In this document: positions 9,745-20,149 of the stretch, piece by piece | How positions within the stretch are numbered: the stretch's first letter is position 1 | Layout of the letters: each line of letters starts with the position of its first letter | Source of the DNA: an uncultured Tateyamaria sp. | GTDB taxonomy: Bacteria > Pseudomonadota > Alphaproteobacteria > Rhodobacterales > Rhodobacteraceae | Assembly: GCF_947503465.1 (NCBI RefSeq) | Contig: NZ_CANNDN010000006.1 | Location: forward strand, 8,857-72,856 | Direction: 5' to 3' | Length of the DNA: 64,000 bases | The notes under the pieces: generated by a model | The model's database searches: none | What the model was told of the DNA's origin: nothing | Seen by the model: the letters and a program-made list of their open reading frames with translations, nothing else | Made by a program: the position numbers and the translations under genes

Positions 9745-10215
9745 TCAGCTGTCCCTTTCCGCCATGCCAAACATCGCGCGCCACTGTGCGGCGCTCATGG
9801 TCTGACGGTAATCCTGTGTCATGCCGGGGTCGAGGGCCTCGATCAGCACGCGGTCTTCAAGCCAGATCTCGACACACGAGAACGGCCCGCGATTGCAGGT
9901 GCGGGCGGTCCAGCCGTTGCGCGTTCCGATGTCCAGAAGCTGTGCTTCGGTCAGGTCCGAGGTGAGGCAGACATGGGACGCCACGGCGCCAGAGGTGGCG
10001 GGCCCCTGAACAAATGCGATCTGATCCGGTCCGCGTTGTACCTGCATGCCGGCTGGATAGACCTCGATCGCGGTGCCGTCGTCCGACCTGTCAAACGCGA
10101 TGAACGCGCCGGGACAGGGTGGAAAGGGCAGTGCGGTGCCGCCCATGATCCGGGCCAGGACACCCGCCACATGTTCCGGGTTTTCGGCGTCGACGGACAG
10201 GTGGGCAAGGGTCAT
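9745..10215 (-). CDS. conserved hypothetical protein (possibly VOC/glyoxalase-like)
   Basis: 156-aa ORF wedged between the ABC ATPase (ATGA overlap) and ALDH (abutting). Family not recognised with confidence. Confidence 0.5.
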   Translation of the reverse strand: MTLAHLSVDAENPEHVAGVLARIMGGTALPFPPCPGAFIAFDRSDDGTAIEVYPAGMQVQRGPDQIAFVQGPATSGAVASHVCLTSDLTEAQLLDIGTRNGWTARTCNRGPFSCVEIWLEDRVLIEALDPGMTQDYRQTMSAAQWRAMFGMAERDS

Positions 10216-11768
10216 GTCACGGCCTCCGGCACTGTGGGTGCGGCATCAATCAACTGTCGTGTATAGGCGTGCCGGGCCGTGCTGAACACGGCTTCGGTTG
10301 TGCCTTGCTCGACAATCTGGCCGCTTTTCATCACTAGCACGCGGTCGGTGATGGTGCGCACGACACTCAGGTCATGGCTGATGAACAGGTATGTCAGGTC
10401 ATATTGGCGGCAGAGGTCGGCAATCAGGTCGAGGATCTGGGCGCGCACGGACACGTCCAATGCGCTGACCGCCTCGTCAAAGATCACCAGGTCGGGCCGG
10501 ATGATCAGCGCGCGGGCGATGGCCAGCCGCTGGCGCTGTCCGCCGGAAAACTGGTGCGGGTACTTCCGGGCGTCATCGGGGGACAGGCCGACATCGGTCA
10601 GTGCCTTGGCGATCCTGTCGGCGCGGTCGGCGGGCGGCGTGCCAAGCAGGTGGAAAGGTTCCGAGATCAGGCGGGCGACGCGGTGGCGCGGATTGAAACT
10701 GCCATAGGGGTCCTGAAACACCACCTGCATCTTGCGCCGCACCGACGGGTCGGTGACGGGTGTGCCGTCCAGCGTGATGGTGCCGCCCTGCACCGGCTCA
10801 AGCCCCAGGATCGCGCGGGTCAGGGTGGATTTTCCACAACCGGATTCGCCCACCAGCCCAACCCGTTCGCCGCGATTGATGTCAAAGCTGACATGATCCA
10901 CGGCCCGATGTTTTGCCGCGGGGACAAACAGGCGGGTGCGGGGCAGGTCATAGTCGCGCACGATGTTGTCGACGCGCAGCAGCGGGGTATCCTGCGCACC
11001 CATGGGCAAGGTGACGCGGTGGTTCGAGGCGGCCAGCAGCGCCCGCGTATAGGGGTGGTGCGGGGCTGTCAGCAAGGCGTGCGCTTCGCCTGTCTCGACC
11101 ACGTTGCCGCCGTGCATGACGACGATCCGGTCGGCCATTTCGGCCACGACGGCAAGGTCATGGGTGATCATCAAAAGGCCCATGCCGTCTTCGGCTGCGA
11201 GCCGTTTGAGCAGGGACAGGATCTGCGCCTGGGTCGTGACATCCAGCGCCGTCGTCGGCTCGTCCGCGATCAACAGTTTTGGACCGCAGGCGATGGCAAT
11301 GGCGATCACCACACGCTGGCGTTGGCCGCCCGACAATTCGTGCGGGTAGCGTGTGAGGGGGATCGCCTGCAATCCCACGCGGTCCAGCACCTGGCGCGCC
11401 CGGGCCGTCGGATCAAGGTCGGGCCGGTGCAGGCGGACCGTCTCGGCCACCTGTGCCCCGATGGTCTGAACGGGGTTCAGCGCCGTCATGGGTTCCTGAA
11501 ACACCATGCCCGCAAGGTCGCCACGCAGCGTGCAGAGCGTCGCCTCGTCCAGCGCCAGCATGTCGTGGCCATCCAGGGTGATTGATCCGGTTGCACTGGC
11601 CTGTGCAGGCAGCAATTGCATCACGGCGAGTGCGGTCATGGATTTACCCGACCCGCTTTCGCCGGTGATCGCGACCACCTCGCCCGGGGCCAGCGACAGG
11701 GAGACATCGCGCAGGATCGGCAGCCCCGCGATGGACAGCGACAGGGTGCGGATGTCGAGCAGGCTCAT
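10212..11768 (-). CDS. ABC transporter ATP-binding protein, fused double ATPase (DppD/DppF-type)
   Basis: 518 aa. Two Walker A motifs ([16 protein letters not shown]) and two LSGGQRQR signatures. Confidence 0.9.
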   Translation of the reverse strand: MSLLDIRTLSLSIAGLPILRDVSLSLAPGEVVAITGESGSGKSMTALAVMQLLPAQASATGSITLDGHDMLALDEATLCTLRGDLAGMVFQEPMTALNPVQTIGAQVAETVRLHRPDLDPTARARQVLDRVGLQAIPLTRYPHELSGGQRQRVVIAIAIACGPKLLIADEPTTALDVTTQAQILSLLKRLAAEDGMGLLMITHDLAVVAEMADRIVVMHGGNVVETGEAHALLTAPHHPYTRALLAASNHRVTLPMGAQDTPLLRVDNIVRDYDLPRTRLFVPAAKHRAVDHVSFDINRGERVGLVGESGCGKSTLTRAILGLEPVQGGTITLDGTPVTDPSVRRKMQVVFQDPYGSFNPRHRVARLISEPFHLLGTPPADRADRIAKALTDVGLSPDDARKYPHQFSGGQRQRLAIARALIIRPDLVIFDEAVSALDVSVRAQILDLIADLCRQYDLTYLFISHDLSVVRTITDRVLVMKSGQIVEQGTTEAVFSTARHAYTRQLIDAAPTVPEAVT

Positions 11769-12580
11769 ACCCGGGCCACCCGCAGCCGTGGATCAAGCGC
11801 ATCGCGCAGGCCGTCACCCAGCAGGTTCAGCCCCAGAACGGTGAGGATGATGGCAAGGCCGGGCACCAGCGCCATGTGCGGCGCGATGCTGACCAGTGTT
11901 TGCGCGTCGGCCAGCATCCGCCCCCAGCTGGGTGTCGGCGGCTGCGCGCCAAGGCCCACATAGGACAGCGCCGCTTCGGCCAGGATACCCAGAGAGAACT
12001 GGATGGTGGCCTGCACGATCAGCAGGTTGGCGATGTTGGGCAGGATGTGTTCGACGCTGATGCGTGCGGCCCCCTTGCCTGCGACACGGGCGGCGAGGAT
12101 GAACTCGCGCGCCCAGAGGGGCAGGGCCCCGCCACGCGTGACGCGTGCGAAGACGGGGATGTTGAAGATGCCGATGGCGATGATGGCGTTGACCGCCCCC
12201 GCACCGAAAACGGCGGTGATCAGGATGGCGATGACCAGCGACGGGAAGGCAAAGATCAGGTCATTGCCGCGCATGATCACCTCGTCTACCCAGCCGCCTT
12301 GCCGCGCGGCGGCCCACAGGCCAAGCGGCACGCCGAGGCCGATGCCGATGCCCACCGCCACGCAGGCCACGGCGATGGAGGTGCGCGCGCCCACCATGAT
12401 CATCGAGAACATGTCGCGTCCGAAATGGTCCGTGCCGAACCAGTGGGTGCCATTGGGCGTTTGCAGCTTTTCCGGGATGTTCATCGCGCCGTGATCGAAG
12501 GGCGTCCAGGCAAAAGACAGCAGCGCCGCGATCACCATCAGCGCCGACAGCACACCGCCCAGGATCAATGACCGGTTCAT
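11765..12580 (-). CDS. ABC transporter permease (DppC-like)
   Basis: 271-aa multi-pass membrane protein. Start/stop overlaps with both neighbours. Confidence 0.85.
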   Translation of the reverse strand: MNRSLILGGVLSALMVIAALLSFAWTPFDHGAMNIPEKLQTPNGTHWFGTDHFGRDMFSMIMVGARTSIAVACVAVGIGIGLGVPLGLWAAARQGGWVDEVIMRGNDLIFAFPSLVIAILITAVFGAGAVNAIIAIGIFNIPVFARVTRGGALPLWAREFILAARVAGKGAARISVEHILPNIANLLIVQATIQFSLGILAEAALSYVGLGAQPPTPSWGRMLADAQTLVSIAPHMALVPGLAIILTVLGLNLLGDGLRDALDPRLRVARV

Positions 12581-13524
12581 GTGCGTGCCCTAAGCCGCGG
12601 ATCGACGGCGGCATAGGCCAGGTCAACACAGAAATTCACCACGATCACGGCGAAGACAAGCAGCATCGTCACGCTTTCGACCACGATCAGGTCGCGGGCA
12701 GAGATGCTTTGGAAGATCAGCCGCCCGAGGCCCGGCAGGTAGAACACCTGTTCGATGATGATGCCGCCCGCCAGCAGGAACGAGAATTGCAGGCCGAGGA
12801 TGGTCAGTACCGGGATCATCGCATTGCGCAGGCCATGCTTGCGCAGCGCTTGCCCGCGACTGAGGCCCTTGGCCCGCGCGGTGCGCATGAAATCCTCGTC
12901 CAGCACATCGAGGAGCGACGACCGCATCACCCGCGCAAGGATCGCGGCCTGCGGCAGCGCAAGGGCGATGGCGGGCAGGGTGAGGGATTTCATCGCGGCA
13001 AAGACCCCCTTGTCCCAACCGGCAAAGCCACCCGCGCTAAACCAGCGCAGGTTGATGGCAAAGATCAGGACCAGCATCATCGCGAACCAGAAGTTGGGGA
13101 TGGCGATGCCCACTTGCGTGGCCCCCATGACGCCGACATCGCCCGCCTTGCCGCGCCGGCTGGCCGCGAAGATGCCCGCGGGAAAGGCGATGAGGGTGGA
13201 GAGGGTGAGCGCATAGAGCGCCAGTGGCAGGGACACCCACAGCCGGTCGGCAATCATGTCCGCGACCTCGGTCCGGTACTGGTAGGATGTGCCGAAATCG
13301 CCCTGCACCATGCCGCCGACCCAAGACAGGTAACGCTGCCATTTTGGTTGATCCAGACCCAGCTCGGTCCGCAGCGCGGCCAGCGTATCCTCGGCCGCGT
13401 TGATCCCAAGCATGAAGGACGCGGGATCGCCCGGCGCCACCTCGATCACCGCAAAGATCAGCAGCGACGCGATGGCGAGGCTGATGATCAGAGACAGGAG
13501 CCGTTTGAGGGTGTAGCGCAGCAT
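12577..13524 (-). CDS. ABC transporter permease (DppB-like)
   Basis: 315 aa. N-terminus MLRYTLKRLLSLI is typical of DppB/OppB-type permeases. Confidence 0.85.
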   Translation of the reverse strand: MLRYTLKRLLSLIISLAIASLLIFAVIEVAPGDPASFMLGINAAEDTLAALRTELGLDQPKWQRYLSWVGGMVQGDFGTSYQYRTEVADMIADRLWVSLPLALYALTLSTLIAFPAGIFAASRRGKAGDVGVMGATQVGIAIPNFWFAMMLVLIFAINLRWFSAGGFAGWDKGVFAAMKSLTLPAIALALPQAAILARVMRSSLLDVLDEDFMRTARAKGLSRGQALRKHGLRNAMIPVLTILGLQFSFLLAGGIIIEQVFYLPGLGRLIFQSISARDLIVVESVTMLLVFAVIVVNFCVDLAYAAVDPRLRART

Positions 13525-13536
13525 GTTGCCCGCAGG

Positions 13537-14169
13537 CTAGGCGGGCGGGTCGGTGCAGGCAAGCACGTCTGTGAGCGCGCCCAGGTCGCGGGCCAACGCG
13601 GCCATCGCCATGCCCCGGATCGTGGCGACATAGCAGTCCTGCGACCAGCCGCAGGTCTGGGTCAGGTTTTCCCAGTTGCGCACGGACAGAAGGGTCCACA
13701 GCAAATCGGTCGCTTGCTCGAGATCGGTGCCATCGGGCAGGGTGCCGTCGTCAGACAGGGCCTGCACGGCGGCGGCGCACCCTTCGCGCATGTCCTGCAT
13801 GCGGGTGTTCCAGGCGGCGGCCGCTTCGGCATCTGTGTCGGTCACGGCCATGATGGCGCGGGCGACGCCATAGATTTTCGGAATGTAGTTGCCCCAAGCG
13901 GTGACAAACGCGTCAAGCCGTTCTGCACCCGAACGCGCATCGCGACTGGGGGCGAGGGCCGCGTCAACGGCGTTCTGCCGGTCCTGATAGCGGGTCGCGG
14001 CCACCAGCAGGTCGGTGCGGCTGGGAAAGTGCAGGTACACGGCCTGCCGGCTGATGCCTGTCGCCCGCGCGATGTCGGACATGGTGGGCAGCTTGGCCTG
14101 CGGTTGTTCCAGCAGCGTGAGCGTGGCGCGCAGGATTTTGGTCGGGGTATCGATCGGATTACTTGACAT
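13537..14169 (-). CDS. TetR-family transcriptional regulator
   Basis: HTH region MSDIARATGISRQAVYLHFPSRTDLL. ATG at 14169 is preferred, with an alternative GTG at 14184. Lies 13 bp upstream of the permease gene. Confidence 0.8.
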   Translation of the reverse strand: MSSNPIDTPTKILRATLTLLEQPQAKLPTMSDIARATGISRQAVYLHFPSRTDLLVAATRYQDRQNAVDAALAPSRDARSGAERLDAFVTAWGNYIPKIYGVARAIMAVTDTDAEAAAAWNTRMQDMREGCAAAVQALSDDGTLPDGTDLEQATDLLWTLLSVRNWENLTQTCGWSQDCYVATIRGMAMAALARDLGALTDVLACTDPPA

Positions 14170-14218
14170 ACTGTCAAGAAGCACATAGTTGACAGGCTGT
14201 CAATTGACACTGTGTCAA
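14162..14218. promoter_or_regulatory. three tandem TTGACA-N(1-3)-TGTCAA palindromes (putative TetR operators)
   Basis: CTTGACAtacTGTCAAG (14162-14178), TTGACAGgCTGTCAA (14189-14203) and TTGACActgTGTCAA (14204-14218). They lie between the tetR gene and the divergent oxidoreductase gene. Confidence 0.7.
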
Positions 14219-14254
14219 GCGAACTGAACCAAAGCAAAGTGATGGAGAACAGAT

Positions 14255-14824
14255 ATGACCAAACGTATTTTCATCTGGGTGGCGCATCCCAAACCCGGGT
14301 CCCTGAACGCGGCCCTCGCCGAGCGCTATGCGGCGGGCGCGCGGGCCAAGGGGGCGGAGGTGCGCATCATGCACCTGTCGGACATGGCGACGGAAACCGG
14401 CTATGACGCGGATGCCACGCTGTCGCCGGATGTGCAGGCCTGGCAGGACAACATCCGCTGGGCCGATCACGTGATGATCGTGCACCCCTATTGGTGGGGC
14501 GCGATGCCCGCGCAGGCCAAGGCCGTGATGGATGCGGGCCTGCAATCGGGCTTTGCCTACAAGTACCATAGGCGCGGCATGGGCTGGGACAAGCTGCTTG
14601 AGGGGCGGACGGGTGACGCGATCATCACGTCCGACACGCCGCCACTGATTGACACGTTGCTGTATCGCAGCCCCGGCCGCCGGGTCATGCGCAATCAGGT
14701 GATGAAGTTCGTGGGCGTGAAGCCAAAGACCGTGGTGCAGCTTGGGTCGGTGAAGCTTGCCACGCCGGAAAAGATTGCCGGCTGGCTGACGCGGGCAGAG
14801 CACATGGGGGCTGCGGCGGCCTGA
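14255..14824 (+). CDS. flavodoxin-like-fold NAD(P)H oxidoreductase
   Basis: 189 aa (MTKRIFIWVAHPKPGSLN...). ATG preceded by GGAGAA. Divergent from the tetR gene. Confidence 0.7.
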   Translation: MTKRIFIWVAHPKPGSLNAALAERYAAGARAKGAEVRIMHLSDMATETGYDADATLSPDVQAWQDNIRWADHVMIVHPYWWGAMPAQAKAVMDAGLQSGFAYKYHRRGMGWDKLLEGRTGDAIITSDTPPLIDTLLYRSPGRRVMRNQVMKFVGVKPKTVVQLGSVKLATPEKIAGWLTRAEHMGAAAA

Positions 14825-14862
14825 CCCCTCGCCACGACGGACTGGACGGTTATGTATGGGCC

Positions 14863-15960
14863 ATGCAGCGCCCGCTTTTCATTGGGTCCGAGATCTATCG
14901 CGGATCGTCCTACGGGTCGTGGCACCCCTTGCGGGTGCCGCGGGTGTCCACGGTCATCGACCTGAGCCGGGCCATGGGCTGGTTGCCGCCTGACGTGTAC
15001 CTGCCCAGCCCGCGTGCCAAGCCACAGGCGCTGACCATCTGGCACACGCCGGACTACCTGTCGGCGCTGCATGCCGCAGAGGCGACGCAGATGGTTTCGG
15101 CAGAGGTGAAGGCGCGGCACAGTCTGGGCACGCCGAACAACCCCGTGTTTCCCGAAATGTACCGCCGCCCCGCCACCGCGGCGGGCGGGTCGCTGCTGGC
15201 CGGAGAGCTGCTGCGCGACGGGGGCATCGTCTATCATCCGGCGGGTGGCACGCATCATGCGATGCCGGACCGGGCCGGGGGGTTCTGTTACCTGAATGAC
15301 CCGGTCCTCGCGATCCTTGCCCTGCAACGCAACGGGGTGCAAAGGGTGGCCTATGTCGACATCGACGCGCATCATCCCGACGGGGTCGAGGTCGCCTTTG
15401 CCGACGATCCGGACGTGCTGATGATCTCGGTCCACGAGGAGGGGCTTTGGCCGCGCACGGGCCCGCTTGGGGCGACGGAGACGCTGGTGAACCTGCCCGT
15501 GCCGCGTGGCCTGAACGACGATGAGATGGCGCTGATCCGGGATCAGGTCATCCTGCCCCGCGTGGCGACCTTCAAGCCCGATGCCATCGTCCTGCAATGC
15601 GGCGCGGACGGGGTCGAGGAAGACCCGCAGGCGCATCTATCCCTGTCGAACAACGCACATTGGGATATCGTCCGGGCCCTGATGGGCCTGGCCCCGCGCC
15701 TGCTGGTGCTGGGTGGCGGTGGCTATAACCCGTGGTCGGTGGGTCGGCTGTGGACGGGGGTCTGGGCCACCTTGAACGGGCAGGAAATCCCTGATCACGT
15801 TGGCGCAGATGCCGAAGAGGTGCTGCGCGCCTTGCGTTTTGACGGAAACCGGCGGGGCAAAAACCCGCCCGCGCACTGGTTTACAATGCTCAGGGACACA
15901 CCGCGCAACGGCCCAATCCGGGACGAGGTGCGAGACAAGCTCTTTCATCTTGCCAGATAA
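14863..15960 (+). CDS. histone deacetylase-family protein (acetoin utilization AcuC-like)
   Basis: 365 aa. Motifs HPAGGTHHAMPDRAGGFCYLND and DIDAHHPDG. Confidence 0.85.
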   Translation: MQRPLFIGSEIYRGSSYGSWHPLRVPRVSTVIDLSRAMGWLPPDVYLPSPRAKPQALTIWHTPDYLSALHAAEATQMVSAEVKARHSLGTPNNPVFPEMYRRPATAAGGSLLAGELLRDGGIVYHPAGGTHHAMPDRAGGFCYLNDPVLAILALQRNGVQRVAYVDIDAHHPDGVEVAFADDPDVLMISVHEEGLWPRTGPLGATETLVNLPVPRGLNDDEMALIRDQVILPRVATFKPDAIVLQCGADGVEEDPQAHLSLSNNAHWDIVRALMGLAPRLLVLGGGGYNPWSVGRLWTGVWATLNGQEIPDHVGADAEEVLRALRFDGNRRGKNPPAHWFTMLRDTPRNGPIRDEVRDKLFHLAR

Positions 15961-15973
15961 ACTCCGGGGGGAG
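15940..15973 (-). repeat. stop-proximal repeat family, diverged copy H overlapping the acuC-like 3' end
   Basis: CTCTTTCATCTTGCCAGATAAACTCCGGGGGGAGG. The TAA stop lies inside the element. Confidence 0.6.
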
Positions 15974-16003
15974 GCGCAGCCGGGGGGCTGGCCCCCCTCT
16001 ACC

Positions 16004-16399
16004 CTACCCTGTGTAGTCGGCGTCGCTGACCTGTTCGAGCCACGTGGCCGCCGCGCCATCCACCGCCTCTTGCATGGCGATGTGGGTCATGGCCGTGTCC
16101 GGTGCTGCGCCGTGCCAGTGTTCGACATCGGCCGGTATCCACACCGTATCGCCCGGCCGTATCTGTTGCGGCGCTTCGCCCCGCAAGCAGACCAGCCCGG
16201 CCCCTTGGGTCACATGCAGGGTCTGGCCCAGCGGGTGGGTGTGCCAGGCCGTGCGTGCGCCCGGTGCAAAATGCACGGCCAGCGCATGCAGCCGCGCGGG
16301 CGGTTCGGCAGAGATGATCGGGTCTTGCCAGACCTCACCGGTGAAGTAGTCGGGGTTGGCCCGCAGGCTCGGGCGGCTGCCCGCCATGTGAATGATCAT
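16004..16399 (-). CDS. cupin domain protein
   Basis: Trimmed to the ATG at 16399 (ATGA overlap with the SBP stop). WHTHPLGQ...H cupin motif. Confidence 0.7.
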   Translation of the reverse strand: MIIHMAGSRPSLRANPDYFTGEVWQDPIISAEPPARLHALAVHFAPGARTAWHTHPLGQTLHVTQGAGLVCLRGEAPQQIRPGDTVWIPADVEHWHGAAPDTAMTHIAMQEAVDGAAATWLEQVSDADYTG

Positions 16400-17868
16400 T
16401 CCGCCCAACTTACCCCGGTCAGGTCGGTCGCCTGCGTCGGCGCGTTGGTCCACAGGCCCTGTACACCTGCCTTGGCCACCGACAGTTGCGCCAGCTGGAA
16501 CAGGTACCCGTTGACCGCGTCGCCGGCGATGATTTCCTGCGCTTTTTCCATCAGGTTGGTCCGCGTATCCGGGTCTGTCGTGCTGTTCAGCGTTGCGATC
16601 AATTCCTGGAATGCCGGATTGTCGTATTGGAAGTAATAGTCCGGGTTGGCATAGATGCCGATGTCCATCGGTTCCGTGTGGCTGACGATGGTCAGGCCAA
16701 AGTCCTTGCCGCGGAACACGGTTTCCAGCCATTGGGCCCATTCGACATTGATGATCTCGGCCTTGATCCCGACCTCGGCCAGTTGCGCGGCGATGATCTC
16801 GCCCCCGCGGCGGGCATAGGAGGGCGGGGGCAGGTGCAGCGTGGTTTCGAACCCTGCTTCCATCCCTGCCTCGGCCAGAAGCGCGCGGGCCTTGGCCGGA
16901 TCATGCGCCGACCCGCCGGTGAAATCGACATAGGCCGGGTTGTGGGGCGCGAAATGGGTGCCGATGGGCGTGCCATAGCCGAACATGGCCCCGTCGATGA
17001 TCGCCTGTCGGTCAATGGCATGGGCCACGGCCTGGCGCACCCGCACATCGTCAAAGGGCGGCCGGGCATTGTTCGTGGACAGGATCGTCTCGCCTTCGGT
17101 GCTGCCCACAAGGACCTGGAAGCGGGGGTCCGCCTCGAATTGGGGCAGGTTTTCGGGGGCCGGGAAGCCGGTGAACACATCCACATCCTCGGCCATCATG
17201 GCGGCAAAGGCGGCTGTCGGGTCCGAGATGAACTTGAACGTGGCCTGCGTCAGCGCAGGCGCATCCCCCCAGTACCCGTCATATTGGCTGATCCGGATAC
17301 TGTCGCCTTGCGTCCATTGATCGAATTTGAAGGGCCCTGTGCCGATGGGCTGTTGCTTGATGGTCTCGATGCTTTCGGGGGCCACGATCACGGCATCGCC
17401 CCAAGCGAGGTTGAAGAGCAGGTTGCCATTGGGGTCCGACAGCGTCATTCGAACGGTTTGCGCATCCACCACCTCGACCGCGCTGATCGCGGCATAAAGC
17501 GCCTTTTGCGCGTTGGCGCTGTCTTCGGCCAGGATGCGGTCAAAGGTGAATTTCACGTCTTCGGCGTCCATCGCGGTGCCGTCATGGAAGGTCACGCCAT
17601 CGCGCAGGGTGAAGGTATAGGTCAGCCCGTCATCCGAGATTTCCCAGCTGGCCGCGAGGCCCGGCACAACCGACCCGTCGCCCATGAAGCGGGTCAGCCC
17701 CTCGAACACGTTGGAATACAGCACCGAATCGATGGCCCCGGCCGCGGCAGAGGTCGGATCGAGGTGCGGGGGTTCCAGCTGCATCGCGACAGTGATGTCG
17801 GTCTTGGCCCAGGCACCCGAGGCGGCAAGTGCGACGGCGGCGGTGGTCATCGTCAGTCGGTTGAACAT
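16396..17868 (-). CDS. ABC transporter substrate-binding protein, family 5 (peptide/nickel type)
   Basis: Trimmed to MFNRLTMTTAAVALAASGAWA (signal peptide) with GGGGAG upstream. About 490 aa, a typical family-5 SBP length. Confidence 0.85.
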   Translation of the reverse strand: MFNRLTMTTAAVALAASGAWAKTDITVAMQLEPPHLDPTSAAAGAIDSVLYSNVFEGLTRFMGDGSVVPGLAASWEISDDGLTYTFTLRDGVTFHDGTAMDAEDVKFTFDRILAEDSANAQKALYAAISAVEVVDAQTVRMTLSDPNGNLLFNLAWGDAVIVAPESIETIKQQPIGTGPFKFDQWTQGDSIRISQYDGYWGDAPALTQATFKFISDPTAAFAAMMAEDVDVFTGFPAPENLPQFEADPRFQVLVGSTEGETILSTNNARPPFDDVRVRQAVAHAIDRQAIIDGAMFGYGTPIGTHFAPHNPAYVDFTGGSAHDPAKARALLAEAGMEAGFETTLHLPPPSYARRGGEIIAAQLAEVGIKAEIINVEWAQWLETVFRGKDFGLTIVSHTEPMDIGIYANPDYYFQYDNPAFQELIATLNSTTDPDTRTNLMEKAQEIIAGDAVNGYLFQLAQLSVAKAGVQGLWTNAPTQATDLTGVSWAE

Positions 17869-18061
17869 GGCAATCTCCCCTTCGATACGGTTCTGGCCCA
17901 GCTTTCCCCCAAAGCCCGCGTCACGCAAGCCCCCCTGTGCCCCGTGTGGCGGACGGGGCATGACCCGTGCCCTGCCCCCGTGACGTTGCGACCCCGGGTG
18001 GTGACAGCGCCGCCCCCGGCCTGCTATGGGCGCGCAACGACACAGTGCGAAGGACATGGAC

Positions 18062-18895
18062 ATGAGCGCCACCGCCCGCAAATCCGCCCCGCTGCCCGAT
18101 GATATCCGGGCCATGAAGGACGGCACGCCCATCGTCAGCCTGACCGCCTATACCACGCCAATGGCCCAGATGATGGATGCGCATTGCGATTTTGTGCTTG
18201 TGGGCGACAGCGTTGGCATGGTGCTGCACGGGTTGCCGTCGACCCTTGGCGTGACCATGGACATGATGGTGATGCACGGGCGGGCCGTCGCGCGGGGCCT
18301 GTCCTCTGCGATGATGGTGATCGACATGCCCTTCGGGTCCTACGAGGAAGGGCCCGAACACGCGTTCCGCAATGCCGCACGGCTGATGGCCGATACCGGC
18401 GCGGGGGCTGTCAAGCTGGAAGGCGGGATGGCCATGGCCGACACGATTGCGTTTCTTGTGGCCCGCGGCATTCCGGTCATGGCGCATGTCGGCCTGACCC
18501 CCCAATCGATCAACACGCTGGGCGGCTACAAGGTCCAGGGCCGGGGCGAGGCGGCGTCGAGCCTGATCGCGGATGCCAAGGCGGTGGCCGGGGCAGGGGC
18601 CTTTGCCGTTGTGCTGGAAAAAGTGCCGGAGAGCCTGGCCGATGACATCACCCAGTCCATCCGTATCCCCACGATCGGCATCGGTGCCTCTGCGGGGTGT
18701 GACGGGCAGATCCTGGTTGTGGATGACATGCTGGGCCTCTTTACCGCCTTCAAGGCGAAATTCGTGAAACGCTATGCCGAGCTGGGCGCGGAAGGTGCCG
18801 CCGCGATTGCCGCATATGCCGAGGATGTGCGCGCCCGCCGGTTCCCCGGCCCCGATCACGTGTTTGGCGATGCCGCCCCAGGGACCACGCCATGA
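18062..18895 (+). CDS. panB: 3-methyl-2-oxobutanoate hydroxymethyltransferase
   Basis: Trimmed to the ATG at 18062. LTAYT...VGDSVGMV...KLEGG motifs. Overlaps the panC start. Confidence 0.9.
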   Translation: MSATARKSAPLPDDIRAMKDGTPIVSLTAYTTPMAQMMDAHCDFVLVGDSVGMVLHGLPSTLGVTMDMMVMHGRAVARGLSSAMMVIDMPFGSYEEGPEHAFRNAARLMADTGAGAVKLEGGMAMADTIAFLVARGIPVMAHVGLTPQSINTLGGYKVQGRGEAASSLIADAKAVAGAGAFAVVLEKVPESLADDITQSIRIPTIGIGASAGCDGQILVVDDMLGLFTAFKAKFVKRYAELGAEGAAAIAAYAEDVRARRFPGPDHVFGDAAPGTTP

Positions 18896-19743
18896 CCGCA
18901 CCGATTGTGCGCCGTCTGTCCGAACTGCGCGAGATGACACGCGGCTGGCGACGGGCCGGTGAAACCATTGGTGTCGTCCCCACCATGGGTGCGTTGCATG
19001 ACGGGCATCTGAGCCTTGTTGCCCGCGCCAAGGACATGAGTGACCGGGTGATCGTGACCATCTTTGTGAATCCCAAACAGTTCAACAACCCGCAAGACCT
19101 GGAGAATTATCCGCGCACCGAACACGAAGACGCACGCAAGCTGGCGCGGTTCGAGGTCGACGCGATTTACGTCCCCGATGGGCCGCAGATGTATCCGGAT
19201 GGCTTTGCCACGAACATCAGCGTGGCAGGTCTCACGGATGTGCTGTGTGGCGCGCATCGGGCGGGACATTTCGATGGGGTTGCGACGGTGGTGACCAAGC
19301 TGTTCACACAGACATCCGCCGATCTGGCGTTCTTCGGCGAAAAGGATTTCCAGCAATTGCAGGTGGTGCGGCGGCTGGCGCGCGATCTGGATCTTGGGGT
19401 CGAGGTTGTGGGGTGCCCCACGATCCGCGAGATCGACGGGCTGGCCATGTCGTCGCGCAATCTGTTGCTGTCCGATCAGGCGCGGGCCCGGGCGGCGGCG
19501 TTGCACGCGGTGATGGAGGAGATGGCCGAAGCCCTGGGGCAGGGTGCGGACATGGGAGCGCTGGTGCCGGATGCCAAGGCGCGGCTGGCCGCAGCCGGGT
19601 TTGGCGATATTGATTATCTGGAAATGCGGACCAACGACACGCTGACCTTGATCAACCGCGCGACGCAGCCTGCCCGGTTGTTTGCCGCCGCCTACATGGC
19701 GGGTGTGCGGCTGATCGACAATATTGATGTGCCTTTGGAATAA
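18892..19743 (+). CDS. panC: pantoate--beta-alanine ligase
   Basis: 283 aa. [11 protein letters not shown] motif. ATGA overlap with panB. Confidence 0.9.
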   Translation: MTAPIVRRLSELREMTRGWRRAGETIGVVPTMGALHDGHLSLVARAKDMSDRVIVTIFVNPKQFNNPQDLENYPRTEHEDARKLARFEVDAIYVPDGPQMYPDGFATNISVAGLTDVLCGAHRAGHFDGVATVVTKLFTQTSADLAFFGEKDFQQLQVVRRLARDLDLGVEVVGCPTIREIDGLAMSSRNLLLSDQARARAAALHAVMEEMAEALGQGADMGALVPDAKARLAAAGFGDIDYLEMRTNDTLTLINRATQPARLFAAAYMAGVRLIDNIDVPLE

Positions 19744-19759
19744 ACGGCGTCGCGTTCGA

Positions 19760-20149
19760 TCAGGTGTCAAGTTTTGTCAGCCGCGCAAGAAACCACGCCT
19801 CAAGCACGTCCTGAGGCATATCGCCTGTCACAACATCGACAACCACATCGTCAATCCTGTCACCCTTTAGAACGGCGAGGTCGTAGCCACTGTTCAGGCA
19901 CAGGACTTCGGTGGTCAGCCACGCGGTGCGCTTGTTCGCGTCATTGAACCCATGCGATGTAGCCAAGCCGTGCAGCAAAGCGGCCGCCTTTTTGTGGATG
20001 GGCAGATGATAGCCGTGATAGGGGCGCCCAATTGCGCCCAGAATACTGTCGAGATTGCAGATGCCCGGCAGTCCGCCAAACGCCTCAAGCGATTGTTCGT
20101 GCGCTTCAAGAACGTCACCGAGTTTGATGCGGTAATGCCGCCTACCGAT
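19760..20149 (-). CDS. doc: Doc (death-on-curing, Fic-fold) toxin; start codon unresolved
   Basis: Fic/Doc motif HGFNDANKRTAW. No ATG, GTG or TTG lies near the expected N-terminus. The 5' limit is set at an in-frame ATC that overlaps the antitoxin stop. Confidence 0.65.
   Translation of the reverse strand: MGRRHYRIKLGDVLEAHEQSLEAFGGLPGICNLDSILGAIGRPYHGYHLPIHKKAAALLHGLATSHGFNDANKRTAWLTTEVLCLNSGYDLAVLKGDRIDDVVVDVVTGDMPQDVLEAWFLARLTKLDT

Noticed and set aside
16396-18132. Long N-terminal extensions in the ORF track for many genes (SBP, panB, M20 peptidase, bchN, puhA, pucC, tspO and others).
   Set aside because: The extensions are Arg/Pro-rich with no homology-like features. Internal starts give canonical N-termini, signal peptides, SD sequences or ATGA-type coupling, so the features were trimmed.
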